NCBI GenBank assembly: GCA_044229975.1
Contig: JBGARZ010000007.1
Coordinates: 128,001-192,000, forward strand
Origin: Polyangiales bacterium
GTDB lineage: Bacteria > Myxococcota_A > Polyangia > Polyangiales > Ga0077539
Direction of reading: 5' to 3'
Length of the DNA: 64,000 nt
Positions 9,802 to 18,527 of the stretch are shown one piece after another (positions within the stretch are counted from its first letter, which is position 1; every line of letters starts with the position of its first letter). The translations under genes and the position numbers were made by a program. Under the pieces are notes generated by a model that was not told the origin of the DNA, did not search any database, and was given only the letters and a program-made list of their open reading frames with translations.

Positions 9802-10200
9802 AACGGCGGGTGACGCGGGGTCCGCGTCGCGCGCGAGCTGGGGCGGTTGCCATGTGGCAACCAGCCGAGGGCGTCGGCCGTCGCGCAGCCACCGCGCCCC
9901 GAGCTCCTGTGCCAGCGTTTGAACTCCCGCCGACAGTTGATCCGCTCCGCCCGCTCGCGCCACGCAGACCGCCGCCGCCGCCGCGGTCACCTCCCCGATG
10001 TCTCCTCCGGTGACCACCACCGCGCGGACCGCCCCGTCGTCCGCCGTCGCCTGCGCCCGCGGCAGTGCCGTCGACCGCGCCGGCGACGCCCGCCTGTGGA
10101 TCGCGCACCGGGTACCGTTGAGGGAGCGCGAGTCGTTGTCGCCGCCATCGGTGGACGAGGTCCGCCTCCAGGGCGCGGGCGAGGTCGAGCATCCGCGTAC

Positions 10201-11025
10201 TCACCGGAGCTCGACCTCCGAGGCGTCGATCTCCACCCCCGCCGTCTGGCCGAAGACCGAGACCTCCACCCGCAGCCGCGTCGTCTCCGGCACGGCGGCC
10301 ACGAAGCGCGCGGGCTTTCCCGCGAAGGCCCCACCGAGGATGGTGACCGCATCTCCTGGCGCGAAGGGGAGCACGGGAATCACCAGTGGCTCCGAAGGCC
10401 CGGCGGGCTCCTCGCCGGGTGGCAGCTCCTGATCGCACCAGCGCCGCGGCGGGTTGATCCGCCCCCACACGTCGCGAACCGCGGCGTCGACGATGTGGTG
10501 ATCGAAGAGGCGCTCCGCCGCGAGGGCCGCGAGCGTCTCGATCCAACCGGCGTACGACGCGTGCTGAACGGACCAGCCGCATCCACCCTTGAAGTCGAAG
10601 GAGATGACCTGCCCCGGCGGCCCGTCGAAGCAGGCCTGGGTGGCGAGGGCCACCTCCTCGTGATCGTTGCTCAGCAACGGCACCCAGTCGCGACGCCAGA
10701 GCGCCTGGTGGGCGTGCGCGCGGCGCTCTCCCGGGGGAAGGCCCTCGTACTCCAGCGAGAGCTCGTCCCAGTGGCGCTTCGTCTGGAGGATGTCTTCGAG
10801 CCGGAGGACGCGATAGCCGAGCACCGTCGGCTCGGCGCCGGGCGTGAAGAGCGTGCCGTCGCGGAACGCGTGGAAGGCCAGGAGATCGTCGGGTACGGGG
10901 AGCCCGAGGGCCTGCCGGAAGGCCTCCAGTTCGTCGTCGCTCGCGCCGGGGCCGAAGCGGGCGAGCAGGTCGGCATGGAGGGCGAGGGCGGCTTCGAGCG
11001 CGAGGACGGCGGGCGTGCGTTTCAC
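10201..11025 (-). CDS. SMI1/KNR4 family protein with C-terminal NusG-like KOW domain
   Basis: PGASDDELEAFRQALGLPVPDDLLAFHAFRDG (SMI1/KNR4), WRRDWVPL, GPPGQVI; FAPGDAVTILGGAFAG...LRVEVSVFGQTAGVEIDASEVE (NusG CTD). Confidence 0.8.
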   Translation of the reverse strand: MKRTPAVLALEAALALHADLLARFGPGASDDELEAFRQALGLPVPDDLLAFHAFRDGTLFTPGAEPTVLGYRVLRLEDILQTKRHWDELSLEYEGLPPGERRAHAHQALWRRDWVPLLSNDHEEVALATQACFDGPPGQVISFDFKGGCGWSVQHASYAGWIETLAALAAERLFDHHIVDAAVRDVWGRINPPRRWCDQELPPGEEPAGPSEPLVIPVLPFAPGDAVTILGGAFAGKPARFVAAVPETTRLRVEVSVFGQTAGVEIDASEVELR

Positions 11026-11097
11026 GCCGCGATCGTACCCGCGGGGAGTTCGCGCGGGAGCTCGCGCTTACGTTTCGCTGTATCTCGTGGTCGGGAG

Positions 11098-11170
11098 GCC
11101 GAGGGCCATCGCAGAGACCGCGGCGGCCACGTAGCTCTCGTAGATGTCCGCTCCCATGACGGCCAAGTCG
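11098..11170 (-). pseudogene. Short fragment resembling membrane H+/Na+-pyrophosphatase (HppA)
   Basis: DLAVMGADIYESYVAAAVSAMALG vs the conserved HppA motif GDVAGMGADLFESY...AMxLG; only about 24 codons. Confidence 0.55.
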
Positions 11171-11440
11171 CGGTTGGACGAAGCCGCGGAGCCTCCGAGC
11201 TGTCGTCCGTCGTCGATGTGGGAATTGGTTCGGCCGTCACCGTGCTCGTCGTGCTTGCGGTGCTCGCCGTCGGCCTGCAGCACCGCGCGCCAGCGAGCTC
11301 CCCAACGGCGTGCGTGGAGATCTCGATGGACATCGCTGACGGGTGATGTCGTGCAACGCCGGCCTCACACCAGCCGTGATCGCGCGCGAGCGGGCCGCGC
11401 TGTGCGCACGTCGTGCGGGAGCTGTCGTAGCCTCGGCGCC

Positions 11441-11896
11441 ATGGATGCCATGGTGTTGCTTCGTGGTCCGAACCTCTCCGTCGACGAGTTCCGTCGCGAG
11501 GCGCTCGAGCGGCGCGGCCTCGTCCACCCGCGCGACGCGCGGATCGTGAGAACCTTCGCGCTCGCCGACGGCGTCGTCGCGGTGGACCTGCTCGGCCCTT
11601 TCGACGGGCTGCGGCAGCGGCCGGCCTGGAGCACCGTGCAGCTCCTGGCCCACGTGCTGGGCGACGCCTTCGGCGCGCACGACGACCCGCGCGGATTCTT
11701 CGTGTTCCCCTATGACGCACCCGGAGCCACTTCGTACGAGGGCCTCGTCGCGGAGCGGTCCGAAGGCATCTGGATCGAGCGAAACCCTGCGTACCCGAAT
11801 TGCGCGGTGGCCGACTTTCAGCAGCTCAAGGAGGAGCACCGCCGGTCCGACGACGCCGCGCACCGCCGCCTCTGCGGTCTGCCCGACGCGGAGTGA
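11441..11896 (+). CDS. Hypothetical protein
   Basis: Globular-looking ORF MDAMVLLRGP...HDDPRGFFVFPYDAP with coding-like codon bias. Confidence 0.6.
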   Translation: MDAMVLLRGPNLSVDEFRREALERRGLVHPRDARIVRTFALADGVVAVDLLGPFDGLRQRPAWSTVQLLAHVLGDAFGAHDDPRGFFVFPYDAPGATSYEGLVAERSEGIWIERNPAYPNCAVADFQQLKEEHRRSDDAAHRRLCGLPDAE

Positions 11897-12269
11897 GCGG
11901 GCGCGCCCGACCGTAGCGGCCGGAAGCAATCCCGACCCCGCGCGTCGGGGCTGTCCCCGCCCGAGGCAAACCAACCCTTCTTGCGTTCCAGATTGCATGC
12001 AAGAGTGCACGTCCGGCCGCGGCGCACCGACCCATCTCCAGTGCCTGTCTCGATGCCAGCGACAGTGCGCTCGCGGAGGAGGTGACAAGAACACCCTCCG
12101 GGGGAATCACTGGTGGACACACGGAGCGGCTTCGACATCCGCAGTCGCCAGAGCCCACGCCGCAGCGTCAGCAAGGCGAGCGACGGTGTAGGGTCCAGTC
12201 CAACCCAAAAGCCCGCTGGAGTTGATCGTCGGGACACTGACCTGCGGGCGTGAGCGCTCCGCGTGCCTT

Positions 12270-12422
12270 ATCGAGCAGGGCGTGCGCCGCGAGGTGAGCG
12301 AGGTGCTCGGCGCGCTCGACGAGGGCACGGTCACCCATACGCTCATGCGTATCGATGGCACCAGCGAGGTGCTGCCGCGCTACGACCAGGAGACCGGGCG
12401 CTGGCGAAGGCGGTGAGCGCCC
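12270..12422 (+). repeat. Direct repeat copy 2 (diverged duplicate of the roadblock gene 3' end)
   Basis: Encodes IEQGVRREVSEVLGALDEGTVTHTLMRIDGTSEVLPRYDQETGRWRRR vs ...LEEGTVTHVLVRIDGAGETLLRYDQETGRWRRG at 6095-6241. Confidence 0.9.
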
Positions 12423-12436
12423 GCCCGGCGAAGGCC

Positions 12437-12739
12437 TCAGCCGCCTCCGCCGTGCTCCTGGGACGCGCGACCGACCCAGTCGATGACGAGGCAGGCAGGG
12501 ACGACGACCGACGCGACCACGGGAACGGCCCTCGACCGGTGGCGCCTGACGGCCGCGTAGAGCGTCGCGACGGCCGCAAGCACGAGCAGCACGACGAAGA
12601 TCGGACAGGTCACCTGTCGCCAGCGATCGAGCTCGGTGAGGTGACCGTCGGGGAAGCCCAAGGAGTCCCGCAGCAGGGCGAAGTACGCCGCCTCCACGGC
12701 CGCGAGCGCGCCGATGAGGACGAGGGCCCTCTGATGCAT
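12437..12739 (-). CDS. Small membrane protein
   Basis: Three hydrophobic segments; GFPDGHLTE loop; could extend upstream to MDAAKHLSAP. Confidence 0.6.
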   Translation of the reverse strand: MHQRALVLIGALAAVEAAYFALLRDSLGFPDGHLTELDRWRQVTCPIFVVLLVLAAVATLYAAVRRHRSRAVPVVASVVVPACLVIDWVGRASQEHGGGG

Positions 12740-12755
12740 CGGACGCTCCCGCGCG

Positions 12756-12793
12756 GGCGCAGACAGGTGCTTCGCAGCATCCATGGCGTCGGT
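12756..12793. repeat. 38-nt duplicate of the Uma2 5' end (copy at 6488-6525)
   Basis: ggcgcagacaggtgcttcgcagcatccatggcgtcggt vs ggcgcagacagatgcttcgcggcatccatgacgtcggt, 3 mismatches; both read MDAAKHLSAP on the minus strand. Confidence 0.85.
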
Positions 12794-12860
12794 CGTATCA
12801 CGGCGGTCGCGGCCCCGCATCGCGAGCGCCCCTCGACCGCGCTCCCCCCTCGCCGCGACA

Positions 12861-14312
12861 GTGATAGCGTCCGCCGCCGTGGACGCCCCGCTTCGAGCCG
12901 CCTCGCTCCGCTACACCCACGTCGACCCGTCGCGCTGGCCCAAGGCCGTCCGCACGCTCGTCGCCCTCGGGTTCAACGCCGTCGACCTCCCGCTCGTCTG
13001 GCGCGACTACGCCGACGCCGCGGGGCACACCGACGAGGCCCGCCTCGCGCGCGACCTCTCCTCCCTCCTCGGCATCATCGCCGACGCCGGCGCCCGCGCC
13101 GTGCTCCGCCTCGGCCCGTGGCCCACGCCCGACGTCGCCTCGCTCGGTGTTCCCGACGCCATCCTCAATGACGCCGCCGCGCGCTCGCACACCCGCCGCC
13201 GCAACCCGCGCTGGGTCGGTGACGGCATGCAGGTCGTCCCGCTCCCTTCCGTTCGCAGTGAGGTGTACCGCACCGCCGCGGGCGCCTGGGTGCGCGCCGC
13301 CGTCACCGCCGCGCGCTCCACCGCGCCTGATGTGATCGCCCGCGTCCTCGTTGGTCACGGCGCACCGACGCCCCTGCACGACGCGCCCGATGACCTCGAC
13401 GCCGTCGGTCTCGACGTCGCCACGGTCGACCCCGCTGCCGCCGAGGCTGAGGCCACCCGCGACTTCCTCCTCCACCTCGCCGCCGAAGCCCTCGCCGCCA
13501 ACACCCCCGCTGGCGATCTTCGCCTCGCCATCCAGGGTGACCCGCTGGCCTCCTCCGCCGCGGCGCGGCTCTCCGCCGAGCACGGCCTCGCCTGGTCGTC
13601 GCTGCCACCGCGCGCGGGTGTTCGGTCCATCTGGCGCGGGGCCCGCCTCGCCACGACGCTCGCCAAGGGTCACCACCTCGACCTGCGCGCCGGTCACGCC
13701 CCCGTCGAGGCGCCGTCTCGTGCGACCGACGCCCTGGAGGCCGCGCGCCTCGCCCTCGCCGCGGGCGCTCGCGACGTCACGGTGCTGCACGGCTGCGCGG
13801 GCGCCGACTGGGTGGGCGCCATCCTCGACGAGCAGGGCGAGCCGCGCGCCGCAGCACCACGCTGGCAGGCGTTGCTCGCGTGGGCGGCGGCGCTCCCCGA
13901 AGGAGACGAGCTCGCGCGGACCATCGTCCGTCGCTCCGACGCCATCGCGAAGGCGCGGGCCGGATCGGTGTTTGGTGCGCTGCCCATTGCGTGGCTGTCG
14001 CGCTGGGGCTTCTCGCTCGACGAGGTGTCCGCGGCGCCGGTCGGGTCCGACGCCGAAGAGTCCGCGGCGGTGCTCGCGGGCGAGGCGTGGGCGCCGTCGT
14101 TTACCGATACGGGTAAGAGCGACGCGGCCGCGGTGACGCTCGACCCGGTGGGCGGCGCGATGGTGCGCGCGGTGGACACGGCGGAGGGCCGCGCGTGGGT
14201 TCTCGCCAACACCGGGCTGACGACAGTAAACGCCACGGCAGGCGGCGCGGGGTGCGTCGTCGAGCCGGGCGCGGTGGTGGTGCTTCGTGACGAGGAGCGA
14301 CGCGGTGGCTGA
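12861..14312 (+). CDS. GH35 beta-galactosidase-like protein, probably degenerate
   Basis: SLRYTHVDPSRWPKAVRTLVALGFNAVDLPLVW and AVLRLGPW match the GH35 N-terminal pattern; start uncertain. Confidence 0.6.
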   Translation: MIASAAVDAPLRAASLRYTHVDPSRWPKAVRTLVALGFNAVDLPLVWRDYADAAGHTDEARLARDLSSLLGIIADAGARAVLRLGPWPTPDVASLGVPDAILNDAAARSHTRRRNPRWVGDGMQVVPLPSVRSEVYRTAAGAWVRAAVTAARSTAPDVIARVLVGHGAPTPLHDAPDDLDAVGLDVATVDPAAAEAEATRDFLLHLAAEALAANTPAGDLRLAIQGDPLASSAAARLSAEHGLAWSSLPPRAGVRSIWRGARLATTLAKGHHLDLRAGHAPVEAPSRATDALEAARLALAAGARDVTVLHGCAGADWVGAILDEQGEPRAAAPRWQALLAWAAALPEGDELARTIVRRSDAIAKARAGSVFGALPIAWLSRWGFSLDEVSAAPVGSDAEESAAVLAGEAWAPSFTDTGKSDAAAVTLDPVGGAMVRAVDTAEGRAWVLANTGLTTVNATAGGAGCVVEPGAVVVLRDEERRGG

Positions 14313-15333
14313 CGGAACGACGCGCTGGTCGGGGATGGACGCTCGGAGCTGGTCGCGGCTGGTGTCGCTGGTGGCGCCGGGCTTCGGGCCGCTCACGCCC
14401 GCGCACCACTCGCGCGAGGCGCCGCTGGCGGGCGGCATGCTGCTCGTCGCACACGACGGAACCAACGTGCTGCGGGCGCTGCACACCCTCCGCGGCGTGG
14501 TGGCGACGGAGGGCCCGTACCACGGCCGCGAGACGCTCACGGCGCTCGCCGCGCAGTGCGACACGCGCTTCGCCGTCGCGCTGCGGAGGGACGCCGCCGA
14601 GCGCTTCATGGAGCGCGCGGGCGGCCGCTGCACGACGAGCGACGACGCCGTGGACACGACGCTGCTGACGCTCAACATCGTGCGCGAGCTGATGGACGAC
14701 GGCGCCGTCGACGTTCTGCCGGCGCCGCTGCGCTCGATTCCGCTGCCGCCCGCCGAGGTGGTGCGCGCCGCGTGGGACCGCATTCTTCCCGACGGGCACT
14801 CCGCGGTGGTCGCCCTCTTCGAGGGGCCGGCGCTGGTGAGCGGCGTGGCGCTTCGCCGCCGCGGCGGAATCATCGATCAGGTGCACGGCGTGGAGTCGCT
14901 GCGCGCGTGGTCGGGTCCGCTGGGCGGGGACTTCCGTCGCGATCATCGGGTGATTCGTGCGGCGGTGGAGCGCGCGCTCGGTCCGGTGGCCGTGGGCTTC
15001 TTCGCGCCTGAATCCATGGTGCAGGGTCTCTTGCGAGCCGAGGTGGCGGGGCAGTGGGCGAAGGCGGTGGCGGTGCGCGACCTCATCGTCGAGCCGATGC
15101 CCGCGTGGGCGGCGATGGCGACGGGCGTGAGCGCGCTGCACAAGGCGGCCGACGAGTCGCGGCGGTGGGCGCTCGACGCCGACGGCTGGCTCGCGCGTGC
15201 GACGCGCAAGGTGGTCGACCTCGCGGGCACGGTGGACGTGCAGTCGGTGCTGGGCTTCGACCCGCTGGCGGTGCTGGGTGTGGTGGCGAGGGAGAGCCGT
15301 CCGCGACCGACGGCGCCCGACGAAGGAGGCTAA
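14305..15333 (+). CDS. Hypothetical protein
   Basis: Long ORF with strong coding bias overlapping the upstream stop; GPLGGDFRRDHRVI motif. Confidence 0.75.
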   Translation: MADGTTRWSGMDARSWSRLVSLVAPGFGPLTPAHHSREAPLAGGMLLVAHDGTNVLRALHTLRGVVATEGPYHGRETLTALAAQCDTRFAVALRRDAAERFMERAGGRCTTSDDAVDTTLLTLNIVRELMDDGAVDVLPAPLRSIPLPPAEVVRAAWDRILPDGHSAVVALFEGPALVSGVALRRRGGIIDQVHGVESLRAWSGPLGGDFRRDHRVIRAAVERALGPVAVGFFAPESMVQGLLRAEVAGQWAKAVAVRDLIVEPMPAWAAMATGVSALHKAADESRRWALDADGWLARATRKVVDLAGTVDVQSVLGFDPLAVLGVVARESRPRPTAPDEGG

Positions 15334-15339
15334 GAGCGC

Positions 15340-15704
15340 CATGCCTCGCGAGGTGTCCGTGGCCGGTGGGAGAGCGCCGACTCCGCGCTCGCGGGCGGGC
15401 CTGCGGCCCTGCTCGCGCTGAAGTCGGAGCCTGGAGTTGGGCGCCCCGTCGTCACGGGGCTCTCCGCCTGCGCGTCGGTCGCTGGGGCGACCGCCGAGAG
15501 GGCATAGGCAGCCGCTCGGAGACATCTCGATGGACCTCTACATCCACCCGTCGAGTGCAGAGCACTCGACGCTCCGACCGAGAGCCCCGTGCAGACGGGG
15601 CGACCAGCTCCAGGCTCCGACTTCAGCGCGAGCAGGGCCGCAGGCCCGTCCGCGAGCGCGGAGTCGGCGCTCTCCCACCGGCCATGGACACCTCGCGAGG
15701 AATG
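15340..15704. repeat. Long inverted-repeat (REPIN/MITE-like) element, family B
   Basis: ~125-bp arms 15340-15464 and 15580-15704 nearly complementary; internal 10-bp hairpin cgtcgagtgc-aga-gcactcgacg at 15549-15571; between convergent genes. Confidence 0.9.
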
Positions 15705-15726
15705 GGGCTGATCGCCCCCGTCTCGA

Positions 15727-17244
15727 TCAGATGGTGATGGTGCCGACGAAGGACGCCGCGGTGGGCGTGCACTGCACGTAGCCGGAGCTGCCGGTGCGGG
15801 TGCCGGTGAACGTGCGGATGAGCATCGTCCCGCGGTAGACGTTGAGGGTCCACCGCGCGGTCGAGCCGCTGTTCAACTGATAGGGGTTGACGCACACGTG
15901 GTAGCTGCCCGCGGCGGGGGCGCTGGGCCAGAAGATGTTCTCGGGGCCGTTGCAGCGGTCGGAGCTGTCGGTCGCGCGCAGGGCAGGGCACGAGTCGCGG
16001 TCGAGCGTGCCGCCGCAGGCCGAGAGGCGGCTGTAGTAGATCTCCGTTCCGCACGGCGGGGTCACGTGCAGGTCGAGGTCGGCCATCACGTCCCAGGTGA
16101 GCGTGAAGCGGAGCTGACCGTTGCCCACGCAGATGTTGGCCGCGCAGGCCTCGCCCGCCGCGCAGCACACGCCGCCGCAACGGGGCTGGCCCGTCGGGCA
16201 GTCCATGGTCATCGGCGGGGGGCAGCCCTCGTCGACCATGCCGTTGCAGTTGTCGTCGAGGCCGTTGCCGCAGACCTCGGCCGCGGCCGGGCGCACCTCT
16301 CCGCCGCAGGTTCCCCACGCGGTGCTCGTGCCGTCGGCGCCGCGCACGCACGGCTGCGCGCCCGCGCGGCAGATGCCCACGCCCTGGGTGCCCGCGGGCC
16401 CCGTGTAGCAGGAGCGGTTGGCGCCGATGGCGCACGTGCAGCCGTCGTTGGCGGTGCCGTTGCAGTCGCGGTCGACGCCGTCGCACAGATCGCGCGCCGC
16501 CGGGATCACCTCGCCCGTGCACGTCCCCCACGACGCGCCGCTCGCGCCCATGGTGCAGGTCTGCGTGCCCGGTCGGCAGGCACCGCGGGTCTCGGTTCCT
16601 GCCGGGCCGGTGTAGCAGGGGCGCGTCTCGCCGGGCGAGCACTCGCAGCCCTCGTCGACGTTGCCGTTGCAGCGGTAGTCCATCCCGCCGCCGCACACGA
16701 CAGGCTGCGGTGAGCCCGCGCCCTCGCACGCGCTCCACGTTCCGAACTCTCCCGTGCCCTCGCAGCGCGTCATGCCAAACACGCACACGCCGCGGCCCGC
16801 CTGCGCGGGGTCGCCTGGGTAGCACCGCTGGGTCATCCCCGGGACGCACGCGCAGTCTTCATCGACGCGACCGTCGCAGTCGTCGTCGAGGCCGTTGGCG
16901 CACATCTCCACCGCGCCGCACGTCGGCGTCGGGCCGCCATCCTTGGTCGGGCCGCCGCCGTCTTCGGGCGTCACCACCGCCCCGTCGCTGCCGGGCGTGA
17001 CGCCGCCGTCCATGCCGGGGCTCACCCCGCCATCGGTGCGACCGGCGTCGGTGCGCGCCGCGTCGACCCGCGCGTCGGTGCGACCCGTGTCGGTCACGCG
17101 AACGTCCCTCCGCGCGCTCGCATCGGACGGAAACCCGAACTCGATCTCCGCCGAGCCCGACGCGCTACAGGCGGCGAGGAGGGCGCCTGGGATCAAGATC
17201 AGCCAGCGGTGCGACGTGTGGCGTTTCACGGGGTGGGGCTCCAT
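15727..17244 (-). CDS. Cys-rich lipoprotein with MopE-like metal-binding repeats and a C-terminal YfaP/DUF2135-like domain
   Basis: Lipobox LAAC; CxNGLDDDCDGxVDE and CYTGPAGT repeats; LRFTLTWD..ADLDLHV..P...GGTLDRD...GPENIFW. Confidence 0.85.
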   Translation of the reverse strand: MEPHPVKRHTSHRWLILIPGALLAACSASGSAEIEFGFPSDASARRDVRVTDTGRTDARVDAARTDAGRTDGGVSPGMDGGVTPGSDGAVVTPEDGGGPTKDGGPTPTCGAVEMCANGLDDDCDGRVDEDCACVPGMTQRCYPGDPAQAGRGVCVFGMTRCEGTGEFGTWSACEGAGSPQPVVCGGGMDYRCNGNVDEGCECSPGETRPCYTGPAGTETRGACRPGTQTCTMGASGASWGTCTGEVIPAARDLCDGVDRDCNGTANDGCTCAIGANRSCYTGPAGTQGVGICRAGAQPCVRGADGTSTAWGTCGGEVRPAAAEVCGNGLDDNCNGMVDEGCPPPMTMDCPTGQPRCGGVCCAAGEACAANICVGNGQLRFTLTWDVMADLDLHVTPPCGTEIYYSRLSACGGTLDRDSCPALRATDSSDRCNGPENIFWPSAPAAGSYHVCVNPYQLNSGSTARWTLNVYRGTMLIRTFTGTRTGSSGYVQCTPTAASFVGTITI

Positions 17245-17363
17245 CGGTAGGGCATTGCGGCGAAGGAAGGTTGGAGACGGCGAGGCCCCACCCTAACAGA
17301 GCCGTCATCGCGCCGCGATGGCCACGCGGGTGAGCATCAACCTGTGATACCTATGCGGCCGCC

Positions 17364-17759
17364 GTGTCCAACGTCACGCCGCCAAAACAGACCGTCGCCG
17401 TGGAGGTCGCCGGGCAGCGCCTGCGGCTCAATGCCCACGCCGACCCGCAGCACATCGAGCGCCTCGCGGGCATCGTCAACGAGCGCGTGGAGACCATCCA
17501 GCGCGCGGCGAAGGGGGCGGGCATGCCCACCATCCTGGCGCTGCTCGCGCTCGACCTGGCCGATGAGCTCCACGCCACGCGGCGCCGCGCCGAAGAGGCC
17601 CAGACCCGCTCGAAGGAAGAGCTCGATCGCACCCGCGCCCACGCCCGGCAGGTGGAGCAGTCGGCGCGCGAGGCCATCGCCGACGTGCTGGCGGAGATCG
17701 ACCGCGCGCTGGTGATCGAAGAGCCCGAGCCGAGCTCAGGCGACAAGGTCGTCGGCTGA
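17364..17759 (+). CDS. zapA: Cell division protein ZapA
   Basis: VAVEVAGQRLRL...HIERLAGIVNERV...ILALLALDLADELH followed by a coiled coil. Confidence 0.8.
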   Translation: MSNVTPPKQTVAVEVAGQRLRLNAHADPQHIERLAGIVNERVETIQRAAKGAGMPTILALLALDLADELHATRRRAEEAQTRSKEELDRTRAHARQVEQSAREAIADVLAEIDRALVIEEPEPSSGDKVVG

Positions 17760-18398
17760 GCCGAGGACGACGCCTGCGGAGGAGAGTTCGCGGAGCGCGG
17801 CGGCGCCACCCTCGTCGGTGACGGCGGCGATGGCGTCGGCCGCGACGGTGACGCGAGAGCCGGCGCGGTCGGGGCGCGCGGCGATCCAGTCGAGGAGGCC
17901 GAGGGCGGCGGCGCGCACGCAGTAGTCGGTGGCGACGCCGAAGACGACGAACTCCAATTGGCCAGCGGGTGCGAGCGCGTCGAGGACGGCTGCGGCGTTG
18001 GGGTTGGCGAAGAGGGAGTAGACCTCCTTCTCGAAGTACACGGCCTGGGTGCCCTTCGGCACGCGCGCGGCCGCCTCGGGGTCGGGCACCACCGGAACAA
18101 AATAGAACCTCTCCGGCAGCGTCTCCGGGAGCTTGAGCCAGCCGGACGTTCCCTTCACGCAGTGCGGGGGGAAGCGCGGGTCTTCGCCCTTCGGCCCGAC
18201 GCTGGCGTTGGTGCCGAACTCCCACGCGTCGTGCGAGTGCGAGTCGACGGAGCCCACGAGCAGCGCCCCGTCGGCCACGGCGCGGGCGACGAGCCGGGCG
18301 CACGCGGGCATGGCGTCGGGCGCGCCGCGGACGAAGAGCGCGCCGCCGGGGCGGCAGAAGTCGTGCTGGGTATCCACGTCGACAAAGACTCGTTGCAT
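17736..18398 (-). CDS. pncA: Nicotinamidase/pyrazinamidase (isochorismatase-like cysteine hydrolase)
   Basis: VDVDTQHDFCRPGGAL, DSH, FPPHCVKGT, FEK..YSLF, GVATDYCV. Confidence 0.8.
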   Translation of the reverse strand: MQRVFVDVDTQHDFCRPGGALFVRGAPDAMPACARLVARAVADGALLVGSVDSHSHDAWEFGTNASVGPKGEDPRFPPHCVKGTSGWLKLPETLPERFYFVPVVPDPEAAARVPKGTQAVYFEKEVYSLFANPNAAAVLDALAPAGQLEFVVFGVATDYCVRAAALGLLDWIAARPDRAGSRVTVAADAIAAVTDEGGAAALRELSSAGVVLGSADDLVA

Positions 18399-18527
18399 CG
18401 GTGGTGCTTACCTCTCGCCCGCGTTGAAGGGCGCGCGGAGAGTACGACAAGGTCGCCGCGCTGGTACCGAAGAGCGGGGCTCGTGAGCGTCGGGGTTCAC
18501 CATCCAGCGGGGAGGTGATAGGAGGAA

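Noticed and set aside
9810..10204. Possible frameshifted ORF coupled to the SMI1 gene; ADDGAVRAVVVTGG looks crotonase-like
   Set aside because: Match too short and frames inconsistent; no product can be supported
17759..17950. 6S RNA expected downstream of zapA
   Set aside because: zapA's stop overlaps the convergent pncA-like CDS, leaving no intergenic space
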